Source: Tubiluchus corallicola
Taxonomy: Eukaryota; Animalia; Priapulida
DNA length: 37,616 nucleotides
Assembly (NCBI GenBank): GCA_030141605.1
Contig: JAQGDQ010001062.1
Span: forward strand, 28,422-66,037
Direction of reading: 5' to 3'
Position numbers and translations under genes: made by a program. Shown here one piece after another: positions 1-10,789 of this stretch (position 1 is its first letter; every line of letters begins with the position of its first letter). Under the pieces are notes generated by a model. It did no database searches and was not told the DNA's origin. It worked only from the letters and a program-made list of their open reading frames with translations.

Positions 1-1623
1 GTTCAGTATCATCAGTTCAGTGGGATACACCATCATCAGTTCAGTATCATCAGTTCAGTGGGATACACCATCATCAGTTCAGTATCATCAGTTTAGTGGG
101 ATACACCATCATCAGTTCAGTGGGATACACGATCATCAGTTCAGTATCATCAGTTCAGTATCATCAGTTCAGTGGGATACACCATCATCAGTTCAGTATC
201 ATCAGTTCAGTGGGATACACCATCATCAGTTCAGTATCATCAGTTCAGTGGGATACACCATCATCAGTTCAGTATCATCAGTTCAGTATCATCAGTTCAG
301 TGGGATACACCATCATCAGTTCAGTATCATCAGTTCAGTGGGATACACCATCATCAGTTCAGTGGGATACACGATCATCAGTTCAGTATCATCAGTTCAG
401 TATCATCAGTTCAGTGGGATACACGATCATCAGTTCAGTATCATCAGTTCAGTGGGATATACCATCATCAGTTCAGTATCATCAGTTCAGTGGGTTACAC
501 CATCATCAGTTCAGTATCATCAGTTCAGTGGGATACACCATCATCAGTTCAGCATCATCAGTTCAGTGGGTTACACCATCATCAGTTCAGTATCATCAGT
601 TCAGTGGTATACACGATCATCAGTTCGGTATCATCAGTTCAGTGGGATACACCATCATCAGTTCAGTATCATCAGTTCAGTGTGATACACCATCATCAGT
701 TCAGTATCATCAGTTCAGTGGGATACACCATCATCAGTTCAGTATCATCAGTTCAGTGGGATACACCATCATCAGTTCAGTATCATTAGTTCAGTGGGAT
801 ACACCATCATCAGTTCAGTATCATCAGTTCAGTGGGATACACCATCATCAGTTCAGTATCATCAGTTCAGTGGGATACACCATCATCAGTTCAGTGGGAT
901 ACACGATCATCAGTTCAGTATCATCAGTTCAGTGGGATACACGATCATCAGTTCAGTGGGATATACCATCATCAGTTTAGTATCATCAGTTCAGTGGGAT
1001 ACACCATCATCAGTTCAGTATCATCAGTTCAGTGGGATACACCATCATCAGTTCAGTATCATCAGTTCAGTGGGATACACCATCATCAGTTCAGTATCAT
1101 CAGTTCAGTGGGATACACCATCATCAGTTCAGTGGGATACACCATCATCAGTTCAGTATCATCAGTTCAGTGGGATACACCATCATCAGTTCAGTGGGAT
1201 ACACCATCATCAGTTCAGTATCATCAGTTCAGTGGGATACACCATCATCAGTTCAGTATCATCAGTTCAGTGGGATACACCATCATCAGTTCAGTATCAT
1301 CAGTTCAGTGGGGTACACCATCATCAGTTCAGTATCATCAGTTCAGTGGGATACACCATCATCAGTTCAGTATCATCAGTTCAGTGGGATACACCATCAT
1401 CAGTTCAGTATCATCAGTTCAGTGGGGTACACGATCATCAGTTCAGTATCATCAGTTCAGTGGGATACACCATCATCAGTTCAGTGGTATACACAATCAT
1501 CAGTTCGGTATCATCAGTTCAGTGGGATACACCATCATCAGTTCAGTATCATCAGTTCAGTGGGATACACCATCATCAGTTCAGTATCATCAGTTCAGTG
1601 GGATACACCATCATCAGTTCAGT
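1..1623. repeat. Minisatellite of 14-bp (ATCATCAGTTCAGT) and 24-bp (GGGATACACC+14-mer) units, mostly 38-bp composites; runs off window start
   Basis: Direct reading; ORF starts recur at 38/76-bp offsets. Confidence 0.97.
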
Positions 1624-1868
1624 TGTTTTACGTGGACTTTACTTAATAGTACATTAGTCTGTGCATAGAGTGATTTACTAATAGGATCTTGCTTGAGAAC
1701 AAGAAAAAATGACCTAGGAAAGGTTATAGCTAGTTGGGCTGCGAGGCGTTCTCAAGTGTACACAAATGTGTTGCCTGGTACATTTAACCCAGGAGTGTGC
1801 AAATTATCTGACTAGCCGGGCCACAGGCAGTTTGATCAAGGAGCCAAGCACAGAAAGGCTTAATAACG
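1620..1868 (+). mobile_element. Right part of a MITE, same family as 21386-21808
   Basis: CAGTTGTTTTA..GAGTGATTTACTA..GGATCTTGCTTG..GGGCTGCGAGGCGTT..CAAGTGTACACAAATG is shared with 21568-21743; degenerate right TIR GAAAGGCTTAATAAC near 1854-1868. Confidence 0.75.
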
Positions 1869-2154
1869 ATTTTTTTGCATCCGACTTGCGTACATCATTA
1901 CTACTACACTCAAGAAACTATTTTAAAAGTTATTAGAATTTATATTACAAAGCATATATTTCTACTTTCAGGACAGATAGTGGTAATTTCATTACAATGC
2001 ATATTAGTAATGTGTATCACACAGTCTGTGTAGTACAGTGACGTTAAGCTACAACCGTCTTGTAAGGGTTAATGGCATCCGATCTAGTAGAAAAAACTAC
2101 CCGCACTATCTTTGGGATCGTGGCACGGACTTCAGCTGGATACACTCAATTAAT

Positions 2155-2240
2155 CGCCCGGGCCGCACTTTCATTAGGTTGACAAATCTCTTCGCAGGCC
2201 GCACAAATTCTCTCGGCGGGCCGCAATTTGCACTCCCCTA
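2155..2240 (+). mobile_element. Possible hAT-type transposon 3' end fragment
   Basis: Repeated GGCCGCA subterminal motifs ending GGGCCGCAATTTGCACTCCCCTA, resembling hAT ends; no matching left end seen. Confidence 0.35.
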
Positions 2241-2328
2241 ATTTAACCTATATCTCATTTTAGAAATTTACGCTTGTACATTTAACCCTTTAAACACGAC
2301 CCGTATTCACGAAATCTGTTCATTTTAG

Positions 2329-2448
2329 CTGAAAACTATTATCCCCCGAATGACGTGACTGACCTGAGGGTAGTCAGTATCAACAAAGATGAACTACTTG
2401 TCAATATGGAGTGGACTGCTCCAGGTGGATCTCTAGACACTGGAACAG
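2329..2448 (+). CDS. CLCA: CLCA-A internal exon, start of FnIII domain (ENYYPPNDVTDLRVVSINKDELLVNMEWTAPGGSLDTGT)
   Basis: ttttag|...|gtaat, 120 nt, phase 1-1; PP..VTDL and WTAPG..D.G motifs typical of the CLCA C-terminal FnIII. Confidence 0.9.
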
Positions 2449-2680
2449 GTAATGAGATATTCATCATTTGTCCACTGGCTAATAATCTATATACAGAACG
2501 TTAAACCAAGCTTTGATGTACTAGCTAGTTTAAAATAAGTATCAATAATTATTATTGTATTTATAAACCATCTTTATTACTTTTCATATACATAAGTATT
2601 AAAAAGTCAATATCTCTTTCCCAAGATTTATTGTTAACGATGAAATTTTCATTTCAATCTTCGACAGATGTACGAGTATG

Positions 2681-3546
<866 letters not shown>

Positions 3547-3652
3547 CGAGTATTACAGAACAAACCCCGCGTCAAAATGGTTTGACATTTGACCTTTGTT
3601 TAATAGTGATCTTATTAGGTACATATGCATTAAATATTTTATTACAACTTAA

Positions 3653-4333
3653 AGCACAAGAAAACCCCCACTTACACAAATCTTAAAAATTTTTCTTAAA
3701 ATTTTATACCATCTACATACTGCCGTTTTACATACAGGACTTATGTCGGCAGTAACGCTGTATAAAACATGTAAATGTAAAGTACCGCGATGACCGTTAG
3801 AAGCAGCCGTCTTGACGATAAGTCATTTGGAACAAGTTTAGATAACATTGTGTAAAGTTTGAGAAAATTAATCAGAGCATTCGTACCGCACACGTCACTA
3901 ACTAAATAAAATTTAAAATTACTGTATCTTGTCAACAAGATTAAACACGTTTTTGGTTAGTGAGTGGTGCATCCTGGAGGGTGAGTCAACCACATTTTAC
4001 CAATTGGCACAAACATTTTAAAAAAATAATAATTTTATTTTCTAGTTGCCTAACTCTTTCAAGCAGGTAAGCGATATACTAAGTAATATAATTTTGCATG
4101 GAAAGTTTTTTTGGGAGATAGTTTAACATTTCCCTTTCTTCCCTGATTTACGTTACGCGTATATGACGTCACACAATGGCGGGGCCGGAACAGTATTGCG
4201 GGAGATTTAGAATGAAAACAAACAAAAATTCCTTTCAACGCGAGAACGACATTTATATAAAATTGCTATAAAGTAGTATAATTTTTAACGCGATTTTTCT
4301 GAAACCTACTTCAGGTACCCCTTTTCTTGTCCT
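3653..4333. mobile_element. Kolobok-like MITE
   Basis: TTAA|AGCACAAGAAAA ... TTTTCTTGTCCT|TTAA; TTAA TSD with RR..YY termini. Confidence 0.7.
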
Positions 4334-4360
4334 TTAACTGCATGAATTATTCATTTTTAG

Positions 4361-4425
4361 CTGCTTACTATGAAATGTTTATGAGCGAAGATTTTGACAG
4401 CTTAGTTGACCATCCGACAAACCAG
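4361..4425 (+). CDS. CLCA: CLCA-A exon (AAYYEMFMSEDFDSLVDHPTNQ)
   Basis: tttttag|ct...cag|gtatc, 65 nt, phase 1-0; continues the G.A..Y motif after WTAPG. Confidence 0.85.
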
Positions 4426-5386
4426 GTATCAATCATTACTTTATTATAATCAATTATTCCTTGATCTTGGATTTCACGGTCAGTGCAAACTATTCGAGAT
4501 CGTGTTGTTAGATGAATAGTGTTTGGTTAGTTAGCTGTTACTCACAGGAAACAAAATGCATTCTTTGCTACCTGTGAAGCGAGATAACGTACGAAGGATG
4601 GACGAACGAAATAACAGACAGACGCTGAATGTCAATTAGAGAAGAAAGACCACGAACGAGAAATGGAAGTGAGAAAAGTATATGTCATTGTTGTTGGCAT
4701 CCTTCTGTCTCGGAAGACAATGGAGTGTGCGCCATGAGAGTCAGTTATTGATCACATTGATGGAGCTGCAGCGTCGACTGTGACTGAGCAGTGCGATCCT
4801 TGAACGTCTCCAGGGCCACGCCTGGGCAAGGTGTATGGAGATCCTGAGTTGCCCAGACAACTGGAACCCCCTCTCTTCCTCCCTGGTGTAGTCCAAAGGA
4901 AAGCGGAGCGATACGCTTGGCACCAGGTTGGCTGCAGGAGATGCCAGAGTCAGTGAGCATGCTGCACTGGTCCGCCTTCAGGGCTCCACTCCTGGATTTG
5001 GAAGGTTGTAAGAGTGACATGGTGTAATAGTCATTCTCATCAGTTACTGTCTCTGTAGTCAACGTCATTTTTATCGTCATCGTTGTTGTCTTTATAATCG
5101 TCGTGCAGACGAATCACCGTGAACGACATTTCCGCTGTAGCCGTCGTCAGTGTCACATAATGTGTACATATACTCTGTCTATTATTATCTGCTTAAGGTT
5201 AATCATTATAATGGACAATTTTTAATCAATACCGCTATTGCCATTATCAATTTCTAGATTAACCTCACTGCGCACTTTCAGAATTTACACTCACTGTCGC
5301 CAACGCCGTGTGCTTGTTGCCCAAACGTTCTTGTCCTCAGGTGTACTTTTTCTTTGGTACCAGTAAAAACAATTGTACTTTTTTAG

Positions 5387-5486
5387 ATACAAATAACGGA
5401 AGAGCAAGTGAAATGGGGAACTTTGTCTTCACCATTGGAAAGCGGATCGACTGAGAATGTCACGCTTGAGATTACGAACGTAACTC
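5387..5486 (+). CDS. CLCA: CLCA-A exon (IQITEEQVKWGTLSSPLESGSTENVTLEITNVT)
   Basis: ttttttag|...c|gtaag, 100 nt, phase 0-1; P..SGS.E motif of CLCA FnIII. Confidence 0.82.
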
Positions 5487-5552
5487 GTAAGTTCATCTTA
5501 ATTATCGTATTCCTAATCAATTTGCACATTCTGTAATTATTATTATTCTAGC

Positions 5553-5925
5553 GGGTGCATAGGCCCTTTTTGGTTTTTATTTAGTTACTGCCGCGGTGCT
5601 GCCACCTGTTTGTTCATTTAGTGGACTTTTTACCTTTTACAGTAGTCACTCTTTTAAAATTGAAGCACCTAATATCCTTGAATACATTAGCATTTTGGTC
5701 TTTCGTGAGTTATAGCTGTAGTTGTTGTATGACATTTTACTGTCTTTTGGTTCTCTCTGCCATTGCTCTAGTTTTGTGTTTGTGATGAGCATTATGACTC
5801 TAAATTTCTCACAAGTTTATTGTTGTGACATCGTTGTTCTTATGGCCTTGGAGTTCTCATTCCTGTCTTTGTAACTGTTAAAGGCTCTAACAACGTAAGT
5901 TATTAATAATTAGTTTCAATATAGT
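5553..5925 (+). repeat. Dispersed repeat, inverted diverged partner of 7381-7686
   Basis: GGTGCTGCCACCTGTT, AATACATTAG and TTGTAACTGTTAAAGGCTCTAACAACGTAAGTTAT..TTTCAATATAG match the reverse complement of 7381-7686. Confidence 0.75.
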
Positions 5926-6274
5926 TTACATAATTTTTATATCAGTTTTCTTAGTTATAGTCATACATCTAATCATGCAATGAACTACTCAATGCAAATT
6001 AAACTAATTGTTAAATCATTGTATTACAGAATAAAGAAACTTTTGGTCAGCACATTAAACTGGTGTTTTGCATCCATTTCAATTATTATAAATCTTTTAC
6101 TTAGAAAACGCATAATGTACATTCAAAATTAAAGCTTCCAATTGCAGCGCACATGCATGCTAATTATAAATATATAAGTTCGACGTTATATACAATAATT
6201 ACCATGGATCTATCACAAATTATGTCCAATTTGCTGTACTTTGTTCTGTCTTGAGATTGACAAATCGGTATTAA

Positions 6275-6817
6275 AGGAAAACCGAATGATTGTTTAGACT
6301 CCTCATTTTAATTTACTGTCCAAAATATACATTATCTTGCCTATAAAAGTCAGTAATTGTTTCTTATATTTTAATAATTAGTTTAGAAACTTAATTAACG
6401 GCAACCGAACACAGCTGTTGCTTACGTCAGAAACTAACCACAGTTTGTGCAATGGCAGGCGTCTTTCCTTGTGCATCAAGCACTTTTGCATAAGTGTCGC
6501 AGGACTGTTTAAACACATGATGTCCCGAAAAATGGGCTCTACATCATATGACGTCAGAAACTATCACTGCAGTTCATGATCATGCTTATCACGGTACCGC
6601 CTTCTATTTGTCGGCCACGCGAATGCGACAAAAGTGCCTCTGCCAATCTTAGTAGATACACTGAGTCGCGCGTAGCTTTTAAAGTTTAACGAAGTTTGAG
6701 TATCCGAGGTAATTATTATTTAATCTAAGCTTTGATTTAAAAAAAGCTACTTTATTTTTCAATATTTTAGACCATCTTTATTCTGAATTAATGTTTACAC
6801 AATCATCTGGTTTTCTT
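6275..6817. mobile_element. Kolobok-like MITE
   Basis: TTAA|AGGAAAACCGAATGATTGT ... ACAATCATCTGGTTTTCTT|TTAA imperfect TIR with TTAA TSD. Confidence 0.7.
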
Positions 6818-7186
6818 TTAAACATTCATTACGTGAGATTTCCACATCTTAATAGATTGGTTTTGCCTAAGGAATATGTCCAGGTAGAAAATGCCCTGCT
6901 GGCAACGACTGAGATTATCATCTATTCTCTGTATTTCATGCTTAACTATATTTTCATCTTTCTTGCTTATTACTTTCATTAAGAATTTGTTCACTGTCGT
7001 CATCATCATCCTGTAAAAATCCTGTAAAAATATCCTTGTTCTTCGAGAGACAGTATATTATATGCATGAAAAAAAATTCATTCACTGGCTGAAATGGATA
7101 CAAACGCCAATTTTTTAGACTTTAGATTATTTATTCATCAATTTAGCACAGTACAAATATACAAGTTATAAAATTACAAATTAACA

Positions 7187-7300
7187 ATGATGACGACGAC
7201 GACGATGATGATGATGATGATGTTTGATGATGATGATGTTTGATGATGATGTTGATGACGACGGCGGCGTCGGCGTCGCGGCGTCGCGTCGTCGTCATCA
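7187..7300. repeat. (GAT/GAC)n compound microsatellite with palindromic GACGACGGCG..CGTCGTC end
   Basis: Direct reading. Confidence 0.85.
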
Positions 7301-7380
7301 TTAAAATGCAGTTGCTACAAACAATAGAACAAAGTTCAACGCAGGATTAAACATGGCTTTAACTAGAAACTGAAATAGTC

Positions 7381-7686
7381 TATATTGAAATTAATTACCG
7401 ATAACTTACCTTGTTAGAGCCTTTAGCAGTTACAAGAAAGGAATGAGATGCCCAAAGAGCAACAATGTCACCAGCAATCAAGTCACAGCGTCATAATTTC
7501 TCAAGAAAATCGAACAGGAGGTGAACAGTTTAAGACAGAAAAGTTATACGACTACATCAAGCTCAAGAAATAGCAAAAGCCTAATGTATTGAAGGCTACG
7601 GAGATTACAGAATACATTAAATAGTTACTAAATCAATGAACAGGTGGCAGCACCGTGCCGTGAAAAATAAGGACACGTGCACCCAC
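7381..7686 (-). repeat. Dispersed repeat, inverted partner of 5553-5925
   Basis: CTATATTGAAA..ATAACTTACCTTGTTAGAGCCTTTAGCAGTTACAA..AACAGGTGGCAGCACCG..TGCACCC. Confidence 0.75.
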
Positions 7687-7787
7687 TACACTGGCGAAGA
7701 ATTAGATGCTGATGTAATGTAAACACAGCTATTATTTTGCATGGGTAAATGCTAAACGATATCACAGACCTGCTGTTATAGTTTCAG

Positions 7788-8038
7788 ATACTGAAACTAT
7801 ACTCTGGTTTGCACTTTGGGCTTATGACAGCAACGATAGCAACACCCTGAGAAGTGGATTGTCAAATGTCGTTTCGGCCAGTTTCCGAAACTTTCCACCT
7901 CCAGAAGAGCCAGAAGATTCGAACCTAGGACTCATCTTAGGCCTGTTTTTTGGCATATTGGCTTTGCTTGTAATTGTTATAGTTGTTGTTTACTGCTGTT
8001 GTTGTAAGAAAGATGAAGATGTACCTATAAAGGTGTAG
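7788..8038 (+). CDS. CLCA: CLCA-A terminal coding exon: end of FnIII, TM helix LGLILGLFFGILALLVIVIVVVY, tail CCCCKKDEDVPIKV*
   Basis: tttcag| acceptor (in-frame alternative AG 6 nt upstream); WFALWAYD..SGLSNVV matches the CLCA YFAI.A.D...S..SN motif; TAG at 8036-8038. Confidence 0.9.
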
Positions 8039-8324
8039 AAAAAAAAAACTAGTTCGGATATTATATGTAAAAAGTTTAGCCAGTGATATTAGGTCACGCT
8101 TTGCATATTTAAAACCGAGAGTTTAACTTACTATTGGCAGTTTGCATTAATATGATACAGTGAAGTGATGTCAGTAGTAGTTATTATTAAAAAAACTTAT
8201 TCACAACACAGTATTAACTATAGTTGAACAAAACCGTCTATTTGCAGCGCAAAATTTGCTCTCAGTCTCTATAGTTTACACATATTTCACTTAATCTGCA
8301 TATATTATAATTGTAATTTACTGA

Positions 8325-8330
8325 AATAAA
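8325..8330 (+). terminator. Candidate polyadenylation signal of CLCA-A
   Basis: AATAAA ~290 nt after the stop, followed by a T/GT-rich stretch. Confidence 0.45.
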
Positions 8331-8390
8331 GGACTAATTTTGGTGTGATGAACCCTTGCAGCAATCGTTTTGGTGAACAGACTTGTGAAG

Positions 8391-8391
<1 letters not shown>

Positions 8392-8441
<50 letters not shown>

Positions 8442-8454
8442 CTAGCTAGTTAGC

Positions 8455-8486
<32 letters not shown>

Positions 8487-8498
8487 AGTTAGTTAGTT
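8392..8498. repeat. (TTAG)n microsatellite
   Basis: Direct reading. Confidence 0.97.
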
Positions 8499-9073
8499 AC
8501 AAACGCGTAACAAACGGAATTTTTATCCTTTAAATAACTTCAAAATTTTGTACGAAAGTAATTTGTTGTGTTCATTAACTCAAACATGTTATTAAAGGAT
8601 TGGTTTATAAAATGTTCAGGAATCTAACAATGTACCAAAACGAGTTCCTCACCTTGTATAATCTTTGCTACATATACAAAGCATTTGATTATATGGAAAT
8701 CTACTCCATCAACCAGCTTCGACTTTTAAACGATGGACTGAACATCTCATACGTGATGCTGCTATTCTACAATGAGCAAAGATTCGTAGCAAAGATGCAA
8801 AGCATCGAAAGACAATTGTGTATTAATCTTCGTGAGACAGTATTGCTTAGGCGTTCGGTCTGACTCTTTCATTTTATGGTTTATACTGTTCATTTCAACT
8901 TTTACAAAATCCTTCACTGTTACATATGATAGTATACATTGATGTTCTCTTGCGTTCTACTAATTTTAAAACCTTGTTCAACGTGATATCATTTGGTTAT
9001 AAGTAAATATGTAGTAGACCAATTATTCTTATTTTTACATTCTCTGGTCCAAAGTCGAAAGATATACATTATA

Positions 9074-9396
9074 CAGTAGACGCCGCTTAATAGACTCACT
9101 TTGGTACCGACGTGTTTTGAGCCAATTAACCGACTGAACCTATTAACCGATGGATGTAGTATTACAGATATAGATACAGTCATCAGCTTACTACGCACCG
9201 CAAAGGTTTTTAATGAATTTTAGAAACGAATTAATGCCTAAATTCCTTTGTGCAGTTAAAAATTGGAAAAAATGTTTTAAAATATTAATTTATATAAGTG
9301 AATTAGCAATAAATTAAAAAGTATACTTTCCTAAATCACAGACTTTTCTAAGCGATTGAGTGTATTAAACGTGAGTCTATTAGGCGGCACCTTGTT
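9074..9396. mobile_element. Pogo/Tigger-like MITE, degraded right end
   Basis: TA|CAGTAGACGCCGCTTAATAGACTCAC ... GTGAGTCTATTAGGCGGC inverted repeat. Confidence 0.55.
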
Positions 9397-9398
9397 GC

Positions 9399-9468
9399 AT
9401 TGTTTCTGAGTCATATTGCTTTTGAGTCATATTGTTTCAGAGTTATATTGTTTCTGAGTCATATTGTT
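9399..9468. repeat. 16-bp tandem repeat x4 (ATTGTTTCTGAGTCAT)
   Basis: Direct reading; three units contain TGAGTCA. Confidence 0.85.
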
Positions 9469-10239
9469 AAACAGACGTTAAATACTGTGTGGAAATACCA
9501 ACGCCATTAGCCATCCAGGAACAGGTGAAAATTATGCATAGTCAAGCAGTCTAGATATTTTAAAAGAAGCAAATGTATCATGGGAACGTAAATTATAATA
9601 GAGCAAAAATCTGAATGCAAAATCAACTATTTATAAATTGATCCAGAGTCTTCAGGCCACTCCCTGAGAAAAATACGATGAACCAAAATGAAGTAAAGCA
9701 AAACAAAATTTAAAAATGATTCGTTTGATTCTTTTTTCACACTTATTACAAACTTTAGTTACGTAATACGTTTAGCTAAGTTTACAAACTTATTTTATAT
9801 AAAATATCTTTTACAAACTTTTCTTATTAAAAGTAATAAAAATAGGCGTTTAGGCAAACAAGCACCACATGCTAAACAGCACGGAAACTATGCGCGTTAG
9901 CATAACTTTACATGTTTACAGAACGGTACAAGTTTTTTTCTTGTATACATAGAAACTTTATGAGCCAAAGTCAAATTTATAATGCGAAATTTTGAGAACA
10001 TTTTCCACCAAAATGCAAATGTAAAGAAAACACAACGGGTCTGTTATAGTACTATACATGTCAGCAGTTTCATGTAAAAGCAAATTTGAGTTATTTGACC
10101 AACAATACAATGACGACAACACTTGTTCCAAAACTGCGTGAAGATTGAGTCGTCTCCTCATGGCTGGAGTCGTTTTTTTCTTGTCGTTTACAGGTAATGA
10201 TGTTTCATATACACATTTTTTAGTTATTTTATAGTTTCG

Positions 10240-10547
10240 AATTGTGATTAGTTTAAACTCTAAATTACAATGGTGTATGATATATACTGTGTTTCAATGC
10301 ACATTAAATTTTGCCGTCTAATAACACGAGTCGTTTAAGACACGAGTAAAAAAATTAGTTGTAAAAACCTTATAATTGGATTGTGTAAAAGTCTGTTTCT
10401 TCTCTATTTTATGTGGGAAAAAATCCTTAGTTATTAGTAAAGTGGCCTCGGCATATTCACATTACTGTTTTGACATAGAATTGCAAGTAAAAGGTCATTA
10501 AACTAAGGTATTAAATTCGGATGTTTTTTTAAATCGTAGGCCTAATT
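10240..10547 (+). repeat. Direct repeat copy 1 abutting the LINE 3' end
   Basis: Aligns by eye with 15684-15972 from AATTGTGATTAG to CCTAATT, roughly 90% identity plus a ~20-bp indel. Confidence 0.92.
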
Positions 10548-10789
10548 AGTTTAGTTTAAACATAATTTATTTAGGATTGGATCAGACAGTTTGTACAACA
10601 TGATTTAGGATCCTCACCACAGCAGACTTTATACACTATTTACAAGAACATTTACAGTAAGAATAAACTATAACTACCCAGGCTGACAGGCTTTACTACA
10701 AGATTACATTAGGCATTAGTAGCAAATGACGGTTAGAAAATATTAATGTACGAATATTTAAGACTGATGCATTTCATATCAGATAGAAA

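Noticed and set aside
1-1623. CRISPR-like repeat/spacer appearance (also the 26-, 41- and 57-bp arrays)
   Set aside because: No unique spacers and no cas genes; spliceosomal eukaryotic context
20-1668. Six 200-290 aa ORFs (MGYTIISSV...)
   Set aside because: Open in all three frames because the minisatellite units lack stops; they lie in an intron of CLCA-A
8392-8498. Telomere-like repeat
   Set aside because: Unit is TTAG, not TTAGG or TTAGGG; short interstitial microsatellite
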